A stretch of DNA of 64,000 nucleotides from Paraspadella gotoi (Eukaryota > Animalia > Chaetognatha). Of this stretch, positions 27,883-39,766 are shown in pieces. The position numbers and the translations under genes are program-made. Under the pieces are notes generated by a model that was not told the origin of the DNA, did no database searches, and was given only the letters and a program-made list of their open reading frames with translations. Position 1 is the stretch's first letter. Each line of letters opens with the position of its first letter. The stretch is from contig CM119270.1 of NCBI GenBank assembly GCA_051294375.1, positions 4,968,152-5,032,151 on the forward strand, given 5' to 3'.

Positions 27883-28173
27883 TGCGCTAAATCGGGCATG
27901 GATTTATAGATGATCTTTGGTTAAAGACAGGAAACTCAAAATATGTTGAGCTAGAGACCTCTATACAGCTTGGAAAAATTAACTTAACAAATGAGCAAAA
28001 ATTTATGTATCTCTCTTCTTCACAATGTACTGTTTTATTGTCGCGTTCACTTACACAGTTGTGAAGATAATGGAACGTGCTTGCTTGTCGTAGAACTCGA
28101 AGTCTCCAGCACTATCTATCTGTACTACAGATCATATCTCTTCTTAGCAGGAAATAGTACTAAGGAATAATAT

Positions 28174-28560
28174 AGGGGCAAGATAGCTAATTTATTAAAT
28201 GAATGGATAATTTTTATATTGGTTGTACAATTTCATAAAATTCAGCTCCTTGTATTTTGATGCTAGTGCGCGAGTAAAATAAGTATTCCCCGATCTAATA
28301 CTTAAGGGAGTGGTCTTTTTCATACAATTGAAACATTCTTTGAAATATTTATCAACTTCATTGATGGGAAGCAGGTACTCTGGGAGTTAAATAAACGAGA
28401 CTGTGAGAGAGTCTTGATTGAAAGTTTGCAGGGACCTGCTATGTCATTATCTTGTAGAGGTGATGAGACCTTTAAACCACCAAAGCCTGTCCAAAGTCAG
28501 GGGCAAGATAGCTAATTATTAAATGAATGGATAATTTTTATATTGGTGTACCAATTTCAT
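28174..28560 (+). mobile_element. ~325-bp dispersed element in partial-tandem form with ~62-bp direct terminal repeats (Penelope/retrozyme-like)
   Basis: AGGGGCAAGATAGCTAA...GTAC(C)AATTTCAT occurs at 28174-28236 and 28499-28560. Related copies lie at ~1800-1880, 5114-5250, 19550-19685, 21155-21190, 22983-23263, 26115-26321, 31632-31695, 33578-33785, 36622-36908 and 63564-63620. Confidence 0.7.
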
Positions 28561-28831
28561 AATAAATAAGATAAAATAAAGAGGGTCGTAATTAAGCAAC
28601 CAAAGAACAGATAAAAGAAATTGATATTTTATTATTATCATTATGTTAATAAAATAAAATTTATTTTAAATTGTTATGCTTTAGGTAAAATCCTAGTCCG
28701 AGACTGACATTTGTGAAAAACATTTTTTTAAAAGGTCAAAAGTATAACATTATTAGGTTACTTTAAGATTTTTGTTTGTAGTACATCTCAAGTTGAATAA
28801 ATTTTACATATAAAAGGGAATCTATTTGTAG

Positions 28832-28911
<80 letters not shown>

Positions 28912-31069
28912 TCTATCATTCTTTTTGCTTTTGGTAGGTCTCATTCTCGCCAGTGACGTCATTGAACCAAAACTTTAATCGTCCCTATCTTTTTTTGTGT
29001 GTGAAATTATTAACGTCTTTTTTAATTAAAAAAAAATCTGCTGACTTCGACTTCGAAGTTGACGTCATCGCCAGAATTGACGCGTCTGAAAATAAAAATG
29101 CGCGGAGAAAAGTCCCGCCAAATAATAATTAACCCTCTTTCTAAGATTTAGTTTAGTTACTTTTTTTATTTTTAGCTTGGTTTTATTTCATGTTGCTGTT
29201 TGATAATATTTTCTTCTATTGATTGATTGATTTATTTTTTTAAAAATGAACTTCTGAATAATTAATAAGGGAGAAATTAGAAATATTGTTGCAGACAAAA
29301 TTTGAATGAAAACGAATCAAATATTTTTAAATAGTGAAAAAAAGTTTTTATTTTTGTCTGTAAGATTGTTACTATGCTCTTTAAAATCATGTATTGAAAT
29401 TAAAATTAAGTAATTAATTTCGAAATTGTGTTAAAAATCTCAATATACTTTTATTACGACGTAATTTTGAAAGTTATTACAGGTATTTAATGTATGAACT
29501 TATCAAGGAAGGAAGTAGGCGTGGTTATTACGAATATGATATGTTTGATATTTTATACTTTTTTAAACAATATCACGTGATTTTTAAATGTGAACCGCCA
29601 AAATGAGCGACCGACCAAAAAAATCGTCTCCATAACACTCAAAACGTTATGAAGCCGACCATTAGCTTAATTTTCTCATGAAGATCGGGAAAGGCGTCGC
29701 CAGAGAAAAACAAAACGAATTTGACTTTTTCGTTTTAGTTTTATTAGCAATAAGTGAAGATGTGGCTAATGTGTCAGTCTATGATGTTTAGTTAATTTTT
29801 TTAAGCTTCAAAAATTGTATGTAAAGTGAAGCTTGTAGTGTAGACAAATTAAAGCGATTAATACTTCCAATCTCACTTTGTTTACGTTAATATTTTCACG
29901 TAATTTAATTTTTCTTTAATATTTACTCAATTAAATAAGTTATTAAATAAGTTATAAGTCTAATTGTTTATTAGCTTTTTAACATGGCCTTTCGTTTTAA
30001 TTCTTCAAAGAAATCGTAAGCATCATGTTTAATCACCAATTGACTTCTACCAATCCATCATAGTTCTGTCAATTTTATTCCTAAAAGAGTAATCCCCATT
30101 TCACAGAAATTCATTTTCATTCAATTATTTATTTTAACTCACTTGTTTAAAATTTGTTTTGTACATCGGTCGTCGTCGTCAATTTTTCTTCTTCTCTTTC
30201 TTCCTCCTTTATCTTTTTTCCTCCCTTTCCTCTCATTTAATAACTTATTTAATAAGTAAATATTAAAGAAAAATGTAATTACGTGAAAATATTAACGTAA
30301 ACAAAGTGAGATTGGAGGTATTAATCGCTTTAATTTGTCTACACTACAAGCTTCACTTCACATACAATTTTTGAAGCTTAAAAAATTAACTAAACATCAT
30401 AGACTGACAATTAGCCACAATCTTCACTTATTGCCTAAATAAAACTAAAACCGAAAAAGTCAAATTCGTTTTGTTTTTCTCTTGGCGACGCCTTTCCCGA
30501 TCTTCATGAATAAATTAAAGCTAATGGCGGCTTCATAACGTTTTGAGAGTTATGGAGACGATTTTTTTTGGTCGGTCGCTCATTTTGGCGGTTCACATTT
30601 AAAAATCACGTGATATTGTTTAAAAAAGTATAAAATATCAAACAATATCATATTCGTAATTAACCACGCCTACTTCCTTCCTTGATAAGTTCATACATTT
30701 TAAATACCTTGTAATAACTTTCAAAATTACGTCGTAATAAAAGTATATTGAGATTTTTAACACAATTTCGAAATTAATTACTTAATTTTAATTTCAATAC
30801 ATGATTTTAAAGAGCATAGTAACAATCTTACAGACAAAAATAAAAACTTTTTTTCACTATTTAAAAATATTTGATTCGTTTCATTCAAAATTTGTCTGCA
30901 ACAATATTTCTAATTTCTCCCTTATTAATTATTCAGAAGTTCATTTTTAAAAAAATAAATCAATCAATCAATAGAAGGAAAATATTATCAAACAGCAACA
31001 TGAAATAAAACCAAGCTAAAAATAAAAAAAGTAAGCTAAACTAAATCTTAGAAAGAGGGTTAATTTATT

Positions 31070-31240
31070 ATTTGGCGGGACTTTTCTCCGCCATTTTTAT
31101 TTTCAGACGCGTCAATTCTGGCGATGACGTCAAACTTCGAAGTCGAAGTCAGCAGATTTTTTTTTAATTAAAAAAGACGTTAATAAATTTCAACACAAAA
31201 AAAGATAGGGACGATTAAAGTTTGGTTCAATGACGTCACT
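31070..31240. promoter_or_regulatory. Putative promoter motif cluster upstream of the MYND gene
   Basis: E2F-like TTTGGCGGGA (31071-31080), YY1-like CGCCATTTT (~31089-31097) and two perfect CRE palindromes TGACGTCA (31125-31132, 31231-31238). The cluster is mirrored at ~28950-29125. Confidence 0.4.
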
Positions 31241-31281
31241 GGCGAGAATGGACTACCAAAAGCAAAAGAATGATAGAAGAG

Positions 31282-31357
<76 letters not shown>

Positions 31358-32007
31358 CTACAAATAGATTCCCTTTTATATGTAAAATTTATTCAACTTT
31401 GAGATGTACTACAAACAAAAATCTTAAAGTAACCTAATAATGTTATACTTTTGACTTTTAAAATAAAATGTTTTTCACAAAATGTCAGTCTCGGACTAGG
31501 ATTTTACGTAAAGCATAAAAATTTAAAATAAATTTTATTTTATTTAACATAATGATAATAAAAAAATATCAATTTCTTTTATCTGTTCTTTGTTGCTTAA
31601 TTACGACCCTCTTTATTTTATCTTATTTATTATGAAATTGGTACAACCAATATAAAAATTATCCATTCATTTAATAAATTAGCTATCTTGCCCCTATATT
31701 ATTCCTTAGTACTATTTCCTGCTAAGAAGAGATATGATCTGTAGTACAGATAGATAGTGCTGGAGACTTCGAGTTCTACGACAAGCAAGCACGTTCCATT
31801 ATCTTCACAACTGTGTAAGTGAACGCGACAATAAAACAGTACATTGTGAAGAAGAGAGATACATAAATTTTTTGCTCATTTGTTAAGTTAATTTTTCCAA
31901 GCTGTATAGAGGTCTCTAGCTCAACATATTTTGAGTTTCCTGTCTTTAACCAAAAGATCATCTATAAATCCATGCCCAGTTTTAGGCACGCTCTCCTCTC
32001 TCCCTCA

Positions 32008-32084
<77 letters not shown>

Positions 32085-32310
32085 CTCTCTCATCTAAAGT
32101 TAAATATTTCTGAGAAATTAGTATTTTTGAGAAATCGGGTACTTTCATTTTCTATCAGTATTCACTGTCAATCTTATCTGGGAATTCGATCTAAGGAAAT
32201 ATAAATATTTCGAGACAATTTTTGACGAACCACTTTTTGACGAACCAGTTTTTCGTAACAACAGTGGAATCCAACTATCGGTGTTTTCGCTGCTTACCAA
32301 TTACTTTTCA

Positions 32311-35300
32311 ATGGCGAATCAAGCAGTTTCAAACATCGTAGGAGTCATCACCTTCGTGGAACCAAGCAAGTCGTGCGGCAATCCCGAGTGCAGCGGCGCA
32401 TCGAAACAACTTCTGTCATGTTCCCGCTGCAAAGTTGCTCAGTATTGCGGCAAAACATGTCAGGCCGCGGAATGGCGACGACACAAACCAAATTGCCAAC
32501 GTCTCAATTCGATCGTCCAGGATCCCAAATGCAAGAAGCTCTTCAACTACGACATGGAATACAAAAAGTCCTTTCCAAAGGACCGGGAAAACTTCAACAG
32601 ATTAACCTACCAACGTAAATATCTCCACAACGACCTCGTAGCAACGAGCAGCAAAGAAGCCTTGATCTACGATTTGTCCAAAGAGATCAGCCTCCAATCC
32701 GAAAGGCGTTGGGCCAATTCTCAAATAGGCGACGACGCCTTCGCCGCTTTCCTCAACAACGAACCGCGATTCGGAGACCTCGTCCCGTTCGACGAGGATC
32801 GATTCCACTACGGCGACATCACTTTCTCTTCCATGAAGAACTTACCCGTGGAGGAGGTCATGATGGAAAAGGGTGCGACGATCGTCTCCGTCGGATTCGT
32901 CAACCTTCAACAACTCATCATGACCGAGTTGAAGGAAGGCGGAGACGCGGCGTCGAGTTTGAAATTCGTCGGCGTCGATATGTCGCCCGTCGTCGTCGCC
33001 AAAAATCTCGTCGTCTACGAAATGATGAAAGCGGATTGTCGAGAGAGGAGCATTTTGCAAGTCATGTTTTCGACAAAATGGAACGAAACGACTTGGGTAG
33101 AATTTCGGTCATGTTGCGAGACGGCGATGAAGGAAAGCAGAGGTAAGAATGTGGCAACACATTAACTAAGGTCCCGCGCCAAATTACGGCAACCCGACCC
33201 CCGCTGGCGTAAGAGCGAGCATTTCTCTTTATACCAAGCGGCCCTGGGTTACCGCCACATAGCTGGAAAATGTTAGTAAGCGGAACGGGACGTCTACTTT
33301 ACTTGTAGTGGCGGATTACTGTCAATTCCGAAGTTCTAAAGCTAGGAAATTGAAGGGCTCGCCTCTTATGGTAACAGCCGGGTTGCCTGTGATGCCCATT
33401 GGGATGGGGCATCTCATTGAGGGGGCTACCGACCCTCAGTGGCGCCTCCTGTCACTGGCGCGGTTACCCAAGGATGCTCTTGCTTTGCCAACGCAGAGGG
33501 CGGTGTGTTTGACACTAAATTGATCGATTTGTGGATAAGACTCTTAAGTTGGCTAAAAACTACTATCCGTAAATTCTGTGAAATTGGTACAACCAATATA
33601 AAAATTATCCATTCATTTAATAACTAAGCTATCTTGCCCCTGACTTTGGACAGGCTTTGGTGGTTTAAGGCCTCCATCACTCTTACAAGATAATGACATA
33701 GTAAGTCCCTGCAAGCTTTCAATCAAGACTCTCTCACAGTCTCATTTATTCACTCTCAGTGAACCTGGCTTCCCTAACAATGAAGTGGTCGCAATGGAAC
33801 TGGTCCTGGGCTTAAAATCAGGCTTGCAGATTTTCTATGCACTTGCTATGATTTTCTATGCAAGCCTAGTCAGTTTACGGCAGTCCTTACGCTTCCTGCA
33901 GGGTAGATACAAGGTTGGGATTGAACCCGGTACCTAGTGGTCATGAGCTCATGGCTTTACTCAATGAGCCACCGGGTCACGACTGAAGGTCTCACGCTTA
34001 TAGGCAGGGTGAACTTAATGCCCGACTACAGATTTAATCATTAAATTTAAATCGTAATCATTGATGGTCTTTTTGCAGAAGCAAACGTCGTCTATATATT
34101 GAATTATTGGCTGCGGTCGGAAAGACCTTTCAACGTTTGGAGAGAAGCGGATCGCCTCTTTCTGCTGGGAAGCAGCAAACTCGCGCCAATATCGCTGATG
34201 AGTCACGAGGCTGACAGAATAGGTTACGCAAGATATTTAGCCACGGGAGCAATCTTTTTGGAGGAATCACAGCAGGCGAAATTCACGAATGTTACCATGA
34301 AGGATGTTCCGGAAAATGTTCCTGCGAAAGTGGAACATCTCAACCGAATCCAACAAGAATCTTATTTTTATACAGTTTTACCTAACAGCAAACTGGATTA
34401 TTCAAAAGGTCTTTTTAAAGGTCATGAAATTGGTAAGTCGACTCATTAACATTATTAAAACTACAATAAAACCTAAATATGTGCCAAATTGTTCAGCAAT
34501 GACGAACAACGTACGAAGGTTAAAGGAGTACGTCCAAAACGGAGAAATTGTTTGCGAATTTCATTGCAAAGAAATTGACGCCAAAGACGTTTCGACTTTG
34601 GAATGGATTAAAAGCTTAAAACCGGACGTCGTTGATTGGTCTAACTGTTTGGATTATTTGTTGCCAGAAGATTTTGCTTTTTTAGTGAAATTGTGTAACG
34701 CAGAAAACACTTATCACTTGGCAACCTTCATGAACTGGAGCCAGGTGAAAATCTTTCAACCGATTTATGAAAGTTGTACAACAAATTGGTACAACGTATA
34801 ATTTTTAGTAGGTACACTTAAAGTTTTTAACCATTTAGCGTAAAGTTTATGCATGTTTTTTTTTTTAGTTGCGCCACGAGTACTCGCGGAGCAACTCTAT
34901 ATTCTATAATTCACTTTCACTTTCTGTTGGTCGGTCGGTATGTCTGTCGATTGGTCTGTCCCACTTACATTAAAAATGATTATAACTCGCTTATTTGTTC
35001 ATTTTCTTATTTGCTCATTTGTTAAAACAGGAACAAGTTTGAGCAAACAATGTCGGATCTGCCCATTAATCATTAATTAATAATTAATTCAAGTTAATTA
35101 ATTATTTAATTAATTAATAATTAATTTATTCAAGTTAATTATTTAATTAATTAGACAATTAATTAATTAATTTGATCAGAAATGTTTGTTTTGATTGATT
35201 AATTGACTGATTAATTAATTATTGATTAATTAATTGACTAATTGATTAATTAACTGATTAATTATTTGATTAATTAATACATCTTGCATTTACATTTAAA

Positions 35301-36478
35301 ATAAAAAGAAAAAGAAGCATAATCAATTAGTGAAATAGGTTCTTTGTTTTTTCTATTTAAACTCATTTCCACTCAAACGATTCCATCGAAACTTGATTTC
35401 CAGTTTAATCACACACTTTTCTACCCAAATACAAAATTTCAAGGCAATCGCCCTATCCACTCATAAGTAATTGGTGTTCAAATAGTGAAGTATATTTTTT
35501 TATTTTTTTCATTTAAACTCATTTCCACTCGGACGATTCCATCGAAACTTCATATACAGCTCAATCACACACTTCCCTACTCACATACAAAATATCATTC
35601 CAATCCATCCATCCAATCACGAGTAATTGGTTTTTTTTGCTCAGGTGGGACGGACGGACGGACGGATATCGTTTTTTTTTTGCATAATTTATCATAATTC
35701 GATGTTCTGACATGATATAAGTGAGTGCCCGACAATATTGAGGGGGCGGACCGACGGACCGACAAAGTGAATTATAGAGAATTATAAAAAAAACTAAAAT
35801 CAGGAAATCATAAAACTATAAAGAATAAAAGATGGAATCCCAATGCAGTACTTATCATAAATACACGGGCTTAGAAAGTTATTTTATTTAATACTTGGCA
35901 GACTGGTACGACATTACTAAATGCTTCTTGTACATGTGTTTCATACTTTTAGTCACATAAATCTCCCTAGAGTCATGTGATTACAGGGAAATACACGTGA
36001 AAAGAAAGTTACTGAGGCGCAACACATGGGATGGACCGATCTTGTTTATACCTAAAACGATATGTAAAACATCAATTTTTTACCTGAAAGATTTTAAAAG
36101 CAAACATTGTAATCCCTTGGCAAGAAAATTTACGGGGCCTGTTTCATCGACTACGGATCCCAAGTGGCCGACTTGCTGCCTCACCTGGAAACTCACCAAA
36201 CCGAATACGCTCAGCACGCTGCGGCCAACGCTTACTTGCTTCCGCCCAAACAAGCCCCGTTGCTGATGGACACCATGAATCCCCTCAACAGAGTTTTGGG
36301 AAAGAAATTCTATGATAAATACTTGGGCCATTACTTGCCCGAATCACAGTACAGGATTCACAGGGTCAAGTACTCCGACTTCAATATTTTTAGTCGGTCG
36401 AGCGACACGATATTTGTCGCTTTCTCGATTCTCAGCGATAGAAAACAAATAACATACAATAAAAAAACGAATGTATAA
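32311..36478 (+). CDS. MYND-type zinc finger protein with an uncharacterised C-terminal domain (595 aa, 4 exons)
   Basis: Exons 32311-33142, 34079-34432, 34497-34744 and 36125-36478 splice in frame at GT-AG sites (1788 nt). The N-terminal CGNPEC..LLSCSRCKVAQYCGKTCQAAEWRRHKPNC is a canonical zf-MYND. The last acceptor (AAG at 36124) is the least certain. Confidence 0.85.
33367..33505 (+). ncRNA. Structured intronic repeat, copy in MYND intron 1 (mirror at ~26397-26535)
   Basis: Homologous to the reverse complement of 17684-17830, with pairing-preserving differences. Confidence 0.4.
34860..35790. mobile_element. Helentron/DINE-1-like non-autonomous remnants flanking an (AATT)n tract and a ~160-bp tandem duplication (mirror at ~24090-25010)
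   Basis: T-tract, then hairpin AGTTGC..GCAACT, then CTATA and a (GTCG/GTCT)n microsatellite at 34860-34960. An opposite-orientation GGACCGACGGACCGACAAAGTGAATTATAG lies at 35748-35778. Confidence 0.5.
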
Positions 36479-39158
36479 TTAACAAAAATTAACCTTTACG
36501 TTGCTGGAATGTCAGAAGTCACCTGTTACGTTTACATATGCAGAAACAAAATATATAGTAGATACTATTTAGTTCATAAGAGTTGACCTATGTGAGTATT
36601 TCATGTTGCTATCACGTTCCTATGAAGTTGGTACAACCAATAAAAAATTATCCATTCATTTAATAAATAAGCTTTGGTGGTTTAAGGCCTCCATCACTCT
36701 TACAAGATAATAACATAGCAGGTCCCTGCAAGCTTTTAATCAAGACTCTCACACAGTTTCATTTATTCACTCCCAGATTACCTGGCTTCCTTATCAACGA
36801 AGTGGTATAATTTTTCAAAGAAGACCACTCCCTTAAGTATTAGATCGGAGAATACTCATCGCTAGCATCAAAATACAAGGAGCTGGATTTTATGAAATTG
36901 GTACAACTGCTGTTACAACTGGTGGTATATACGTTTGAGAAATTTACGTTTATTTCTCTTCTATTTATCTTCTTTTTAATAATATTATTTTCTTTCCACT
37001 TGTAAATAAAACTTTAACTTTATGTGCATATTTGTATGTTTCATTTTCATGAAAAAAAATTAGAAAATGAGATAAAACTGGAAGGAGAAAATATTAAAAG
37101 TTCACAAAATAGAAATAATCTAATGAACTTTAACAGATGCCTAAACATACTGATAGATTTATAGCTTTAAAGGGCAAAGAGTGGCACAGGACTAATTTTT
37201 CACCACGAATTCTCCAATAAAAAAGTCTAAAAAAGATTACAAACATTTACTTTATTGTTCAAATCAATTTGGACAATGATGAATACATGATATAACATTT
37301 GGGTGATAAATTATCACTGATAGTTATATATACATGACTTAGATAGTAAACTTTTTCCATCTCCACCCGCCTGAAGGAAAGAGAAAAAAATAACATTTTC
37401 TCGGATTTTTCAAAGAGTAGCAATTTGGTTTTTTTTGTGTAGAGAAAAAAAAATAAAAAAAACAAAAAAAAAAAACAAAAAAACAAAAAAACAATCCAGA
37501 CATCGCCGCGGATTTAAAATTTACAAATAGCCAACAAGAACATCTCAAATGACAAAGAGAGAAAATTCGAATCAACGTTTACAAACTGGTCCACGACGTG
37601 GACATAATTCACGCGCGCGGTAACAGCGTGCATCACATGAAAAAAATATGGAAATAATAATATAATAATAATAGTAATGGATTCGCGCATCAGCCCAAAA
37701 TTCTTAAGTGCTTAGGAATCCTTATATTTTAGAATTTGTTGGTTTTTAGAAACTTATTTAAAAAAAAGGAACCCTTTATGTTAAAAAAAAGGGAACACCT
37801 TATGTTTTCAGTAGATTGAGGTCAGAAAGTAATCTGACAGTTAATATTTTTTAATTCACTGGTATTTTTATTCAACGCGACGACTAAAAATTCAAATATA
37901 AAATATTCATAAAACGTTTTTTTTTTTTAAAGTAAAACCGATCGCGATTTCACTTTTCAGAAGGTATATAAAAATATAATCTGTTTCGCCACATTACTTT
38001 TTGACATTCTAACTACCGTACGTTGACAAAAAAGAAACAGAGGGAGCTGTTTTTGTAATAAAATAACAAGTGCCCCTCAATCCGTTCGCTATGACGCGAC
38101 AGAACAAACTTAAGAACAAAAAACGATTCTCGTTTCCTCTTTACGTAACAACACGGACGCCGTGGCCCACACGAGCCATATTCATCGAGCACAATTTTGA
38201 ACGGGAACTGTAGAGCAATCGTTATTTATTCTCCCACCCCTTCCACGTTAACATTGTCAAAAACAGATAGGAATATGAAAAAAAATAGCGGGGAAAACCT
38301 CTGTTAAGTTTCGATAGTTTTTAAGGATCAATATTTTTTCCAAGCGATTTTGACATGAAAAAGAAATAAATTAATATGGAATTATTTTTACTACGAAAGA
38401 AAGTATTTTCTTTGGGATTTTTTCGTCGAAGTTTATTTGTATTTTTTTTTTTTTTTTTTTGGGCCGCCCGTTTTGATATGACATAAGATGCTAAATATCG
38501 TTTTATTACTTTTAACTTCGAAAGTCAATTAATGCTGCATTCGAAACTAATAAAAAAAATTTCAAAAAAATAATTAAGTACTTTAGCGATTTGAATGATT
38601 AGGTAAGACCTCATAACAACATATTTCCGCTATTTCAGAAGAAAGAGGAAAAAGAGGCGAAATGAAAATTCAGAAATTAGAAAAAAAGAATAAAAACATT
38701 TTTTTCAAAATATAAAAAAGAATTACTTATGTTTGAGAAAGTATTTAAATTAAATTTAATCATTTTGTTTTGACGATATCATATTTTTTATATCAATTTA
38801 GTTTTAAAAAAATGTAATTAAAATAGCTAAATATTTTAATTAAGAAAAATATTATTATCATTTACATTAATACAGCTGAATTCTCTTAATCAAATAAATG
38901 CTTTAAAAAATTGAGAAATTTCTTCGCTTCTATTTAATGACTTATTCGTTATGGAATAAAGGGATAAAAAGAGGGCAGGGACTGGAGAAGAGGAAAACAA
39001 TGGATGTATCACTTAACTAAAATGCACAAGAACATAACTCAGCCTTAAATTAAATCAATATTTCCATTTTAAATTTTAGTAAAATTTCATTTATGATTTT
39101 TTTCCCTTTTTTTAGAACTGAGACGCGTTTAGACTGGACTGTATTTGGAGGGAAATAG

Positions 39159-39276
<118 letters not shown>

Positions 39277-39766
39277 GGTGAGAAGGGTGGAGAAGAAGAG
39301 AGGGAGTGAGAAAGGAAGAGAGAGAGAGACGGGTTCGAATGGAACGTCGGAACAGCTTTCCTGTGGTTGTTGTTGTTGTTGTCATAGCAGCATCTATTTT
39401 CCTTCTTCCTCCTTTTCGGGGAAGTGACGGAGGGGGAGGGAGGAAAAGCGGGATGAGGGAGAAAAGGAAAAGGGGGGGGAGGAATTAAGGAAGAAGAAAA
39501 AGTGGAGGATGGAAAAGAGGAAACAAAAAAAATTGGCCGGACTAGGAACGAAGGAGGCAAATATGAAGGGGGGGGCTAGTCGAAGTTTTTTTTTTTTCAC
39601 GGACGAAGGAGATTCGCAACAGATGGCGCTGATAAAAAGATGGATGCACTTTTTGTTTCTTTTTTTTTTTTTTAATGTAGTTTTTTTTTCCGGTCGAGGG
39701 CGGCGGTCGCTGACCGTCGATCGTCGTCACCGGCGGCGTCAACCGGCGGCGGCGTCAACGGCGGCG

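Larger units (their letters stand above)
22192..37752. repeat. Large inverted duplication: arms ~22192-29948 and ~30236-37752, with a ~287-bp unique spacer
   Basis: Reverse-complement identity can be traced throughout, e.g. 22197-22252 vs 37694-37752, 27591 vs 32311 (ATGs) and 29871-29948 vs 30236-30311. Confidence 0.97.

Noticed and set aside
33185-33505. Group I intron (AAATTACGGCAACC resembles the P element)
   Set aside because: No matching Q, R or S elements or P7 could be found, and the host intron is a normal GT-AG spliceosomal intron.
34194-34222. CTGATGA-GTCA..TGAC hammerhead-like core
   Set aside because: It is followed by AGAAT rather than GAAA, has no stems I or III, and lies within a MYND coding exon.
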